Origin: a virus
Taxonomy: Duplodnaviria > Caudoviricetes
DNA: 58,463 nucleotides
Strand: one strand, 5' to 3'
Virus record (IMG/VR): IMGVR_UViG_3300011400_000098
Span: 1 to 58,463 of that record
The notes beneath the pieces are model-generated. The model saw nothing but the letters and a program-made list of their open reading frames with translations. It made no database searches and was not told the origin of the DNA. Below, in pieces: positions 8,201 through 16,857 of this stretch. Position 1 is the first letter of the stretch. The number at the start of each line of letters is the position of its first letter. The translations under genes and the position numbers were made by a program.

Positions 8201-10482
8201 TTCTGCGTGACTTCTTCGACGATATCGAGAACGCTGCACGCGATACGGCTAGACAGATTGGTGAAGCGTTCGAGAAGGCTGAGCTTGACGTAGCCAAGGC
8301 TGTTGCTTCCGCAGCCAAAGAAATTGATGATGCTATAGCAGACGCCAACAATTCTCTGAGGGAACTTAACAGCGAACGTGCGATCCAAAAAGACGCTGAC
8401 GCACGACGTGAAGCTCTAGAAAACGAACTTGAGTTCGAGCAGCGTCTGCGTGAGGAAAGTCTAGAAGATGCGGAAGTATTGTACCAGCGAGAGCTGGAAG
8501 ATATCGAGGCGATAGAAGATAAAAAGCGCCAAGCACGCGAGCAAGCGTTTGATCGTAACCAGGAACGCGAAGCGCGGGAGCGTGACGAACGACGTGAAGC
8601 AGAAGATCGTGACTATGATCGCAGCTTCGACAAGCTCGCGCGTGAGCTAGACAGCCAACAATCTCTGCGTGAGGACGCGCTTAGCAAGCAACAAAGCGCA
8701 CAAGAGGATTCGCTCGACGCGCAGCTCAAGGCGACTGAGGATACACTAGAACGCCAGCACAAGGCGCTTGAGGATGCACTAGATCGTGACCATGATGCGC
8801 GAGAGGCGGCGCTCGACGCCAGACTAGAGCAGGAAGAACGTGAGCTTGAGGCGTCACAAAAGGTACGCGAGGACGCCCTCAAGTCACAGTTCGAGTTTGA
8901 GGATATCGCACGCGAGCATGGCGAAGCTATTGGCGCAATCGAGCAAGAAGCCTCGTCAGGGCGTGCTAAGGCTCAATCAGAATACGCACAAGAACTTGCG
9001 ATTGGCGTCAAGGGTTCGATTGCACGCGCACGGCTAGAGGAAAAGCTGGCGGCGATCAAGGCCGAAGAAGATACGGCCAAAGAACGCCTCAGGATTAAAG
9101 AGGACGAGAACGCTAAAGAGCGTGTCGTCGAGCAAGATCAGGAACGGCGCCTCCAGGACCTGCAAAAGACATTCGAGGCGGAGAACGCTGCACGCGAGGC
9201 GGCGGCCGACGCGGCAAGGCTCGCACTTAAAGCGCAGATCGAAGCAGAGATTCTGGCGCTTCGTGCTGTCACAGAGGCACAAACTACAGCTCTACAAGTC
9301 CAGTCCGACGCAGCGCGGCGTGCATTGCGTAACCAGCACGAAGTCGAGATGGACGCCCTCCATGCTCGGCATGAGAAGGAGCGTGACGACCTATCAGATC
9401 GCATCGAGAATGATCGACTAAACAGACAAAAGGCGCGTGCGCGAGAAGATCGAGAATTCGCTGAGAAACAAGAGGCTGCCAAGCAAGCTTTCATCGAGGC
9501 AGAGAACAAGCGCCAGCTAGAGGAAACTCGCAAGAAGGAAGATGAGCAGCGCAATCGCAAGAGGGCGCAAGACTACGCTGCGATCTATCAGAAGCAGCTA
9601 GACGAAGCCAAGCGTGCGCGTCTTGCGGAAGAACTGGACGAAGAAGAATATCAGCGTCGCGTCCAGCAGATTCAGGACGAACGCGATAAGAAGATTCAGG
9701 CCACTGGGGTCACGCTGGAAGAACAGCAGCGTATGATCGCGGAGCAGCTTGATCGTGAAGTGCGTGATCTGAACGGCCAGCTTGAGGAGAAGATCACAAC
9801 GATCAAGGAACGCTATATAGACCGCATGGAGGATTTGCTGCGTGATGGCGGCGAAGCCATGCGTCCTATCATAGATAACATCGGTGAGCAGATGGAGAGC
9901 GCGTTCAGTGGCGCGCGTGATCGCGTCAACGAACTAATCACGGTTCTCCAGGCGTCTCTTGCTCAGGCAGCAGCCGTCACAAACGCTATTAACGCAATCC
10001 CGAAGATGCCATCCGCACCCACGACTGGCGGTGGCGGTGGCACAACCGGAGGCGGTGGTGGCGGTGGTGGGGGAAAGTGCGACTGGTACGGTATCTACAA
10101 CGCCTGTCGCGGCAACGGCGGTTCTGACAGTGCGTGTCGATCCAAAGCTGACAGCGAATGTCCACCAGAACGCAGAGCTAGTGGAGGCCCCGTACGTGCA
10201 GGGCGAACATACGTTGTAGGTGAGAACGGGCCGGAGATTTTCACCGCCCCTTACAACGGGACGATCATCCCGAACGGAATGCATATGCCTGGTGATTGTC
10301 CTAGCTGTCCAGGCTCGCCCGCAAGCGTACGTGCGCTAGAATCCATTTCACGCGGTATGAGTTCTAGTAGCTCCAGTACGATCAATAACTCGTACACTGT
10401 CAATGCTGCGTACGGCCGCACACAGCCTGAAGGCAGCCTCAAGATGGACTTGACAGCTTTGATCGCCCTTACTTCCAGGTAA
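5269..10482 (+). CDS. Tape measure protein
   Basis: 1737 aa, Ala-rich; TP901-like core (GIPSGTEAGTGLRN-type segment VIPSGTEAGTGLRNMF); long E/R/Q coiled coil; C-terminal RASGGPV..GRTYVVGENGPE motif. Confidence 0.95.
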   Translation: MPPNLPLVGVEAAIIGMNAFKANANLVNAILQNMGRAARAFSRNYAAGSQDAAKSDAQRAAAAERASKQVARAKQQEAAANQRAQQQIVAAENNLATVTQNAAERRTRARVNATTARSRLAAIDRAADIQAEAQQNRILRSQERLTAAQNLASKAPTAARVANVEKARISLAAATDRLATIEQQAYNKTSQAAAQATAANQKYAVTQRATAAQITQAQGRLAAAQQNATTVAAQGAQKVTAANQAMAVASTVAATTVSIGFVAMAAAIVAAAIGVTTALADVVRSSAAYQDQMTFLGVVSNTTGKALYDLSMAQLKLSRDTTTTATDLAILSEELLKAEVSFQQVTEGGALRFANALVIASNGELDAARAAITMKIAHDSFAASGATYESAADAINAAAQNSTLTLGNMADAIKQGGATAARYGLSIEEFATAVAMLGQVIPSGTEAGTGLRNMFVQLQKPSKEGKELMNKYGISLHDATGKTLPFVDVLHDLEAAFGPAAVAANEVTEAERDYALATIAGERQQKILSTLIEQGVEGWRNLATEISNTTGVMDAQEKITASTASLMETLGNNVTALGLSFGQGLDPYLNAIVDGLVRFAQSVDSTYETTDALGQLVGGFLANVFLNLGEIIGSIIIPTIMFFFDMLGNWINLFIAVGTTTAQVAGHIASVFGSMAQIIIQTIAAIVQSKVSWSQAFAQIGALIGQNMSNLGTQAQQMAQVVMGGFQAMANGWAATVNSVASGVSAFGQNLNNLVQGAVQAANGVINAFNGLSSAIARILGGVASAINGFLDAASAIPEVGERIGGARVAVGQFAGATAGAVSAAGVQIAGVTTSAGNAMSALGTSASGAAATIQSSLGAAGGAFSNFGTNVNASVGNLGNSFGNFSTDSIAAIQKLAANLKMPNIQNYAEGIAAKIDKARKTVAEPTRKPIAREIGADPSDTPRGTFPGSGGDGGAGDAAKKAAKDLAEAMNDAAELLRDFFDDIENAARDTARQIGEAFEKAELDVAKAVASAAKEIDDAIADANNSLRELNSERAIQKDADARREALENELEFEQRLREESLEDAEVLYQRELEDIEAIEDKKRQAREQAFDRNQEREARERDERREAEDRDYDRSFDKLARELDSQQSLREDALSKQQSAQEDSLDAQLKATEDTLERQHKALEDALDRDHDAREAALDARLEQEERELEASQKVREDALKSQFEFEDIAREHGEAIGAIEQEASSGRAKAQSEYAQELAIGVKGSIARARLEEKLAAIKAEEDTAKERLRIKEDENAKERVVEQDQERRLQDLQKTFEAENAAREAAADAARLALKAQIEAEILALRAVTEAQTTALQVQSDAARRALRNQHEVEMDALHARHEKERDDLSDRIENDRLNRQKARAREDREFAEKQEAAKQAFIEAENKRQLEETRKKEDEQRNRKRAQDYAAIYQKQLDEAKRARLAEELDEEEYQRRVQQIQDERDKKIQATGVTLEEQQRMIAEQLDREVRDLNGQLEEKITTIKERYIDRMEDLLRDGGEAMRPIIDNIGEQMESAFSGARDRVNELITVLQASLAQAAAVTNAINAIPKMPSAPTTGGGGGTTGGGGGGGGGKCDWYGIYNACRGNGGSDSACRSKADSECPPERRASGGPVRAGRTYVVGENGPEIFTAPYNGTIIPNGMHMPGDCPSCPGSPASVRALESISRGMSSSSSSTINNSYTVNAAYGRTQPEGSLKMDLTALIALTSR

Positions 10483-10486
10483 AGAC

Positions 10487-11425
10487 ATGGCTATCAATCG
10501 AGGCTATATTCTCCCAAAGAATACATCGGGAGAACGCTTAGTTTATATCCGGCGGGACGGTCAGGTATACCCTCTGCACGCCCCGCCGTGGAGGGCTGTG
10601 CTATCTGAGGAGGGCTTCGGCACGCCTCCTATCGAGTACGTCGCAGACAGGGCACCGTTCCAACACGGTGATACCGTTCGTAGTTTCTTTCTGACACCTA
10701 GAACTATTCAGTTAATCGTCCTGCACAACTTCTGTTCGCGTGCGGACTACTGGACAGGGCGGCAGGAGTTTCTTGATTTAGTAAGACCTGGATTTGGAAC
10801 GAATCCTGTAGAAGCCGGTAAACTGCTATTATATATGCCCGGTCGTCGAAAGCGTCAGATCGACGTACTAATAGATAGTGGGCCGGGTTTCACACCCCAA
10901 GATGGCTGGCGTGAATGGACGTTCACGGAAGCGATCCGGTTCACCGCCCATGATCCTACGTGGTACGATCCTGATGGTTACGCTCAGAGTTTGCTGTACC
11001 ATGCGCCTGCGCTTAATCTGATCTTCCCCATCACCTTTCCTATCGTATTCGACGAGACGGCCGGTATTGCAACGTTCGTTACGTATAAGGGCACATGGAT
11101 TTCATACCCTATCGTTGATGTTGTAGGGCCTGTGACAGGCTTTAATTTGGTCAATCTGGTCACCGGTGCTAACATAGGTTTGAGTGCGCCTGTGCCTGCT
11201 GGTTACACCGTGACGTTCAATCTGCAGGGCATTAAGACCGTGACTGGATCGGATGGCGAGAACTGGCTGAACCGTGTCACACCTGACAGCGATTTAACCG
11301 GGTTTGCGTTGGTGCCTCCGCCGCTTGCACCTGACGGTGTGAACGAGATGAGCTTGAGCGGCACAGGCACATCGGCCGCGTCGAACGTAGTTATCAGATA
11401 TAACGACCGCTATTTTGGCATATGA
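10487..11425 (+). CDS. Distal tail protein (Dit)
   Basis: Immediately follows tape measure; FTAHDPTWY, FPITFPIVF, GVNEMSLSG...YNDRY motifs typical of siphophage Dit. Confidence 0.8.
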   Translation: MAINRGYILPKNTSGERLVYIRRDGQVYPLHAPPWRAVLSEEGFGTPPIEYVADRAPFQHGDTVRSFFLTPRTIQLIVLHNFCSRADYWTGRQEFLDLVRPGFGTNPVEAGKLLLYMPGRRKRQIDVLIDSGPGFTPQDGWREWTFTEAIRFTAHDPTWYDPDGYAQSLLYHAPALNLIFPITFPIVFDETAGIATFVTYKGTWISYPIVDVVGPVTGFNLVNLVTGANIGLSAPVPAGYTVTFNLQGIKTVTGSDGENWLNRVTPDSDLTGFALVPPPLAPDGVNEMSLSGTGTSAASNVVIRYNDRYFGI

Positions 11426-11433
11426 TCGGGGAC

Positions 11434-11925
11434 TTAGGGTTTCCCTCCATTTAATTCCCAAATCTGTTGTATTATTGCTTCTCTACGCTCTACTTCTTCT
11501 CGTGGTATGACGTGTCCTCGTGGCAACAGCTTTCGTGCAGTGTTCTTGGATGTTGTGCTAGATGCTATCACGATAGCGTTATATTCCCTAATGATTGTGT
11601 CTAGTTCAACGGCAAGCTGTACTTGCTTCTTTTTAATCACAAGATGTGGCAGTAACGTTGATACGAATAATATGGCGTTAGCGCCGTTAGCGTACCAGAC
11701 ATGAGTTTTTCTCCAATAATTTGGATTTCTTTTGTCAACGAAATGGCTGCCGTAGGGGAATTGTTCAGTGAGCATGACAATTATTGGTTCGTACGTGTTC
11801 GTGATTTGAGCACGCATAGGGTATCGGTAGCTGAATGTCCCTTCCGTGTTCACGTACCATTGACGTTGTACAGTGATGCACCCTTCACCGTCGAACAAAC
11901 CTGCGACGTACTCTAGAGTTAACAT
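11434..11925 (-). CDS. Free-standing LAGLIDADG homing endonuclease
   Basis: N-terminal YVAGLFDGEGCI motif; PHLVIKKKQ motif. Confidence 0.9.
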   Translation of the reverse strand: MLTLEYVAGLFDGEGCITVQRQWYVNTEGTFSYRYPMRAQITNTYEPIIVMLTEQFPYGSHFVDKRNPNYWRKTHVWYANGANAILFVSTLLPHLVIKKKQVQLAVELDTIIREYNAIVIASSTTSKNTARKLLPRGHVIPREEVERREAIIQQIWELNGGKP

Positions 11926-11942
11926 GTTCGTCTCCCAACTCT

Positions 11943-11971
11943 AGTATACCAGATCGTTAGGGTTTTGTCAA
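11943..11971 (-). promoter_or_regulatory. Sigma70-type promoter for the homing endonuclease
   Basis: TTGACA-N17-TATACT with TG extension on the minus strand. Confidence 0.75.
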
Positions 11972-12006
11972 GCAGAGCAAAAGACGTTCATAGCGAGGCT
12001 AAAGAC

Positions 12007-13551
12007 ATGGCTCAACGCAGCAGGTTTTGGGACGGGACTTCTGTTGGCGATGCTGTCGTCGCTCCGTACGATGCTGGCACCGAGTTCAGCGAAGTCATGA
12101 CGGCCGTTGCGGGTCTGGCTTCTGACCCTAACAAGGGAGGCTTGGTCAGCTCGATTTCCGTGTCGATGTTCGCACCAGGTACAATGCGTATCGGTGCATT
12201 CGAAGCACTCGTCTACGGTGCATGGTACCAGAACGACGCTAATGTTGATTTTGTGGTTGCCACGCCAGCAGCAGCAACACGTATTGATACAGTCGTACTA
12301 CGTAAGGACTGGGCGGCACAGACTGTACGTATGTTTGTGCTTCCGGGCACAGAGGGTGGCTCGGCTCCTCCGCTGGTGCAGACGCCTGGTGTGACGTGGG
12401 ACGTTCCTATTGCTAGTCTCAGCACAACCACTGGCGGTGTGACTACAATCACTGGCACCTCATCGCGTGCAGATTTCTGGTATCGTACTGCACCCGACGC
12501 TATCCGTACAGACAATGGTTTTGTAGGTATTGGGTACTCTACGCCTTCTGCTATTGGGCCTGCGGGTCATTCTACTCTTGCTATTGGTTATGGTGGAACT
12601 ATCGTAGTCCAACAAGCTTCAGGCGTGAACCCAAACTTCATGCTCACCAACAACACACAGTGGGTGGGCGGCAATGCACAGCCTCTTGTTGGAGGCTATC
12701 CGGCTATGCGTGTTAGCATGTATAACGGCGCTCTGGAGTATAGCTTCGCCCCTGCGGTCGCCCTCGGAGTAAACCAGACGTACTTTACTATTCTCCATAT
12801 GTCACAGGCGGGGGGCTTGCAGCTAGGTGCTTGGCAGGCCGCTGATGCCTCGATTCTATTCAGGACAGGTAGCGCCGTAAACGAAGCACGTTATGTAATG
12901 GGTGTGCAGTATCAGCAAGACCTTACGATCCAAGATATTGTACGCAACGGCCCGGTAGTGTTACGTATCGGTCGTACTACAAATACTATGACGCTTGCGC
13001 CTAATAGCGGTCAGCCAGCTTTGGCGTGGGCACAAGGTGCGTTAGGTGGTGAGAGTAACCCGCGGCTTTATTCTACTGGTGCACAGAATGTAGAATTGTA
13101 CGGCAATGGAGGCTACGTCCACCCTAGTGTTGATGGATTGATTCACCTTGGCGCCGGTTCTCTGCGCTGGCAAACAGTCTTTGCTACAACGCCTGCTATT
13201 AATACATCATCTAGAGAGGTGAAGCAGAATATCGTGCCTCTTGATACACAGGTAGCGATGGATGCTGTGCGGGCTACAGAAGCAGTTACATTTGAATACA
13301 TCACTCCTAATCCTGTGCGGGGAGCGTTTGAGCTGCCTGAAGATATCGAACAGGCAGAGCAAGTATTGTTGTTTAGGATGCGTGAAGCTAAACTAATCAG
13401 TGATTCTAGAAAGCAATCAGGCTTCATTGCAGAGCAAGCTGATCCACTATTCTTGGTGGGTGAAGGCCAAGCTTCAGCAGGTAACTCGGTTGGTGTGCTG
13501 CTCGCAGCCATGCAGAACATAGATGCGCGCCTACGTGCGAACGGCATGTAG
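12007..13551 (+). CDS. Tail fibre/spike with C-terminal intramolecular chaperone (peptidase S74-like)
   Basis: N-terminal baseplate-anchor-like RIDTVVLRKDW...WDVPIA; C-terminal TSSREVKQNI and GFIAEQ motifs; ATG at 12007 is the likely start. Confidence 0.8.
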   Translation: MAQRSRFWDGTSVGDAVVAPYDAGTEFSEVMTAVAGLASDPNKGGLVSSISVSMFAPGTMRIGAFEALVYGAWYQNDANVDFVVATPAAATRIDTVVLRKDWAAQTVRMFVLPGTEGGSAPPLVQTPGVTWDVPIASLSTTTGGVTTITGTSSRADFWYRTAPDAIRTDNGFVGIGYSTPSAIGPAGHSTLAIGYGGTIVVQQASGVNPNFMLTNNTQWVGGNAQPLVGGYPAMRVSMYNGALEYSFAPAVALGVNQTYFTILHMSQAGGLQLGAWQAADASILFRTGSAVNEARYVMGVQYQQDLTIQDIVRNGPVVLRIGRTTNTMTLAPNSGQPALAWAQGALGGESNPRLYSTGAQNVELYGNGGYVHPSVDGLIHLGAGSLRWQTVFATTPAINTSSREVKQNIVPLDTQVAMDAVRATEAVTFEYITPNPVRGAFELPEDIEQAEQVLLFRMREAKLISDSRKQSGFIAEQADPLFLVGEGQASAGNSVGVLLAAMQNIDARLRANGM

Positions 13552-13569
13552 AGTAACGGAAGTGGAGTA

Positions 13570-13848
13570 ATGATGTCAACGGTAACGGTTCCGAACGCGG
13601 GTGTTCCTCTCGATCAGGCAAGCATCAATGCTGCGCTAGGTGCGGGTAGTAAGGGACTGCGTGACAGCACACTGAAGCTGGTACAACTTCAGGAGCGTCT
13701 TGCAGGCTACACCGACCAGCAGTTGGTAGATGCCTTCGGGTTTGATCTTCCAACCGCTACGTTGATTAAGTCAGCGTTGGGCGAAGTAGCTCCGTTCAAG
13801 AGCGCCCTCGACGCACTACAATTCCTGAATCAGTGCTGGGGAGTGTAA
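13570..13848 (+). CDS. Hypothetical protein, possibly tail-fibre associated
   Basis: RBS GGAG; in operon after the fibre gene. Confidence 0.6.
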   Translation: MMSTVTVPNAGVPLDQASINAALGAGSKGLRDSTLKLVQLQERLAGYTDQQLVDAFGFDLPTATLIKSALGEVAPFKSALDALQFLNQCWGV

Positions 13849-14142
13849 GTGACAGAAGCCAATACGAAAAGCGTCGAACATAAACTGCCCGACGCCATAG
13901 TGCGTAAGTTGATGATCGAGTACAACCGCGGTATGGTGGCTGCCGAAATCGCCAACTCGATCCGGCAGGTATCAGAGGGTTACTTCAGCGCGTATCAGCA
14001 GCGCCTCGCAAGTTGCCTGGAGATGCTAGGCTTAGATGCTACAGCGAAGTGGTATGTAGATTTCGATAGAAGCATTGTGACTGACAAAGCTCCCGATCAG
14101 CCACAGCAGACGAATGGGGTCAGCCAGCCGCCCGGAAGCTGA
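13849..14142 (+). CDS. Hypothetical protein
   Basis: Abuts the previous stop; last gene of the rightward arm. Confidence 0.6.
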   Translation: MTEANTKSVEHKLPDAIVRKLMIEYNRGMVAAEIANSIRQVSEGYFSAYQQRLASCLEMLGLDATAKWYVDFDRSIVTDKAPDQPQQTNGVSQPPGS

Positions 14143-14518
14143 TCCCGTCGAGTGTCACAGCCCCACTACCGGACACGGTTCTTACTTGTCCGTTTGATAG
14201 CACTTCGACGACGTTACCGATCTGCTGGAACTGTAACGTGCCGGGTGGACGGAAACCTTCGGGGAGCGTCAGAATAACACTCGGAAATGCTCCGCCGATG
14301 GCGCGTCCTTGTAGGTTCACTGTGCCCGCGAGGTCTTTCCAGTAACCAACCAGAGCGTACGGCGCACCAGCATTAGACCAGCCTGCTTCGGGCGTAGGAG
14401 CGGTTGTAGCACCAGCCGTAATCTCTCGGTTCTCTACAATGCGTAGCCGCCTGTCGAGATTCTGAATCGCCGTCGAGAGCTGGCGTATAATAAACGCAGG
14501 GTCATTCTGAAGCGTCAT
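14120..14518 (-). CDS. Minor tail protein
   Basis: N-terminal coiled coil LDRRLRIVENRE, then GWSN...YWKD..GTVNLQG...LPEGFRP...LDGISF, typical of phage tail-fibre C-terminal domains. Confidence 0.7.
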   Translation of the reverse strand: MTLQNDPAFIIRQLSTAIQNLDRRLRIVENREITAGATTAPTPEAGWSNAGAPYALVGYWKDLAGTVNLQGRAIGGAFPSVILTLPEGFRPPGTLQFQQIGNVVEVLSNGQVRTVSGSGAVTLDGISFRAAG

Positions 14519-15329
14519 CGCGTTCTCCGAGCGGGTCGTGTTCGTAAGGGATGAGCTTGCGATATTGTTTCCAGCCTATGAAGTTACCCCACCGCGCCGG
14601 GACATACAATGACTGTGCTGGATGCTCGAACGGCGACATGTGGCCGCTTCTTAATAAACGATCAGCCAGCTCAACGTCTTTGGCGGTGTCGCGCTTTCCT
14701 TCGTGAGTTAGATAGCTTACCCTAGCGCAACGGGCTGCCGCTACTATGGCTGCTGTGAAAGTCCCCAATTGGCTCCGTTCTTCGATTGATATATAAGGCA
14801 GGTGCCACTGTTCCGGCCCTAGACGCTTTGGTTCTGAATTGGCCAGGGCGTCTTGCATTAATAGCGCAACCGTTCTGAACTCTGGCTGTACATCGTCGCG
14901 TGTTCGCAAGTTAAAAAAGTTCTCCCAGTTGGTCGCCGTCACAACCACCGTCGTCCACAAGAAGGGTTCCAGCAAACGATTCGCTAGCTGCTTGTGAACG
15001 CCCAACGAAAACAACTCAGACGCTGCACGCATGGCAGCATCACGAGCCTCTAGCCAAACGGCGGAGGCTCTTTGTGTGTCCTCTATATCAGCGCCAGCCC
15101 GCATACCACGCTGATTAGAACCCCATCGGGAGGGTGTGAAAGGCGATGTCACAACAGCTTCTATCTGCTTGCCTATGGGTATGGCACGCGAAGAAGCAGC
15201 GTTGCGTGACAGTATCCTATGGGTGTTGAACTCAGCCAGGATGAATCTGGGGAGTGTGACTGCTAGCGTTGTTATTCTGATGCCGTGCGCGGTTCCTACA
15301 GAATCCGCTATAACCTGTGCGCTGTACAT
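14502..15329 (-). CDS. thyX: FAD-dependent thymidylate synthase
   Basis: EFNTHRILSRNAASSRAIP (ThyX RHRxxSxxxxSxR variant), HKQLANRLLEPF, ARCARVSY, HMSPFEH. Confidence 0.9.
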   Translation of the reverse strand: MYSAQVIADSVGTAHGIRITTLAVTLPRFILAEFNTHRILSRNAASSRAIPIGKQIEAVVTSPFTPSRWGSNQRGMRAGADIEDTQRASAVWLEARDAAMRAASELFSLGVHKQLANRLLEPFLWTTVVVTATNWENFFNLRTRDDVQPEFRTVALLMQDALANSEPKRLGPEQWHLPYISIEERSQLGTFTAAIVAAARCARVSYLTHEGKRDTAKDVELADRLLRSGHMSPFEHPAQSLYVPARWGNFIGWKQYRKLIPYEHDPLGERDDASE

Positions 15330-16456
15330 CAAGGCACCCCCGCGAATTGGTCAGTCTCTTCTTCAAGCTGGAATGTGATGCGTTCCTCTCCTGTCTCAGA
15401 GAGGTTTATTGTGATTGACACAATCTTGACATTGAATGACGCACCCTGGAACATAGCCGTCACGATATCGCCCAAGAAATAGTGACGCCCGTACGCAGAA
15501 TACTGTGTCTGGATCGGGTCAAACGTGAAGCTCAACGCAGCTCTCTTCTCGTATAACACTTCGTTGCCAACGGCGATCAGCGCGTTGAGCCTATCTTCTG
15601 ATGAGGCATTCTGATCTTGTTCGATGATGTTGAATGGGCTGTCTATTGTGTTGGGGCTTGTGACAAGCGTAGTGTCTCTGAGCGGCCCCTCGCCCGGACC
15701 TAGCACAAGCACAGAAGTAACTTCGTCTGTACGTGATATCGTGTGTGATGGGTTAGAGAAGTTCCCTTGTGCCACACCAAAGACTACGGCTTCTGGTTGG
15801 CCTGCACTTCGATCTGTACCCTTCTGCGGCCAGTACGTTCTGAATTCGAATGAGGCACCGCCTAGCCAGGCTACGTCATAGTCCACGTTGTGCGGTTCAC
15901 CGATGTCTTTACATGCTTCAAGTAGGTTCTTCCAAGCGTGTGCGCCTTCGTAGACAGAAGCCTGCCCTAAGTTGGGCGCTATGCCCAAACCCGGTGTCAC
16001 ACCGTTTGTCAGCCGTCCGTTCGCAGTCGTAGCCAAAGAACCCGCATTCTCTCTGACGTACTGCTTAATAACATCGTCAGCTGGGCCTGGGCCTTTAGCC
16101 GAACCTTCTGTATCGGCATAATATCTCACAGAACGACGATTAATCAGATCAAGCAGGCCCCGAGAATAGCTAGTGAAGATTCGAGTGTCTGTGCTTGTGA
16201 TCTGGTGCTGCGGTGTGCGATGGAACCCAATATACTCAGTATACCAATCGAGGCCGGCTTCTGGATACTGACGCCGGACTTCGATCAGATAATCTAGTTG
16301 GAAATACTGAGTATTTGGATCGAGGTCGTACATCGAGAGCGTCATGCTAGACGCGATGTTCGTGTAATGTTCGATGGTCAGCGATCTGAACCTGTCGATC
16401 ACAGATACGAGCTGGCCGCTCGTGTCATAAATACGGACTTGATATCCCAAAGGCAC
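15329..16456 (-). CDS. Siphovirus Gp37-like minor tail / baseplate hub protein
   Basis: VLVLGPGEGPLR, YGRHYFLGDIVT and overall pattern of ReqiPepy6 gp37-like proteins. Confidence 0.8.
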   Translation of the reverse strand: MPLGYQVRIYDTSGQLVSVIDRFRSLTIEHYTNIASSMTLSMYDLDPNTQYFQLDYLIEVRRQYPEAGLDWYTEYIGFHRTPQHQITSTDTRIFTSYSRGLLDLINRRSVRYYADTEGSAKGPGPADDVIKQYVRENAGSLATTANGRLTNGVTPGLGIAPNLGQASVYEGAHAWKNLLEACKDIGEPHNVDYDVAWLGGASFEFRTYWPQKGTDRSAGQPEAVVFGVAQGNFSNPSHTISRTDEVTSVLVLGPGEGPLRDTTLVTSPNTIDSPFNIIEQDQNASSEDRLNALIAVGNEVLYEKRAALSFTFDPIQTQYSAYGRHYFLGDIVTAMFQGASFNVKIVSITINLSETGEERITFQLEEETDQFAGVP

Positions 16457-16460
16457 TTTG

Positions 16461-16835
16461 TTAGTCCTCTATCTGCTTAGTTGCATAGGGCACAGGAGGC
16501 ATGTCTGTTCTGTACTGCCAGAAAGCGTCGTGCAGTTTGGTAATCTCCTGCATTAATATTTTGTTTACTTCTCTGTCAGCCATCCCACGTACGCCGTACT
16601 TGCGGCGATACTTCTCCATAGAACGCATAGCAAGATTGTGTTTGGCTTTGGGGTCTATGTAGTTGTCGTATTGGTGTATAAACGCTGCACACGTTGAACA
16701 GGCGAGCCACGCCCCTTTGAATCCTAGTGAAAGGGGCGCACCCGTACCAAAGTCTCGCGCGTCGTAGATCACCGCAGATGAATCGCCCGCGCGTACAGGA
16801 TCGCCGCAGAAATCGCAATGATGTGTGTCGTTCAT
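16461..16835 (-). CDS. Hypothetical Zn-binding protein
   Basis: CDFC and WLACSTC motifs; ATG at 16835. Confidence 0.6.
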   Translation of the reverse strand: MNDTHHCDFCGDPVRAGDSSAVIYDARDFGTGAPLSLGFKGAWLACSTCAAFIHQYDNYIDPKAKHNLAMRSMEKYRRKYGVRGMADREVNKILMQEITKLHDAFWQYRTDMPPVPYATKQIED

Positions 16836-16857
16836 GACTTTTACTTTTGAAAAAGTC
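16836..16857. repeat. 22-bp palindrome copy 2 (GACTTTTAC-TTTT-GAAAAAGTC)
   Basis: Intergenic; abuts the minus-strand ATG at 16835. Confidence 0.85.
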
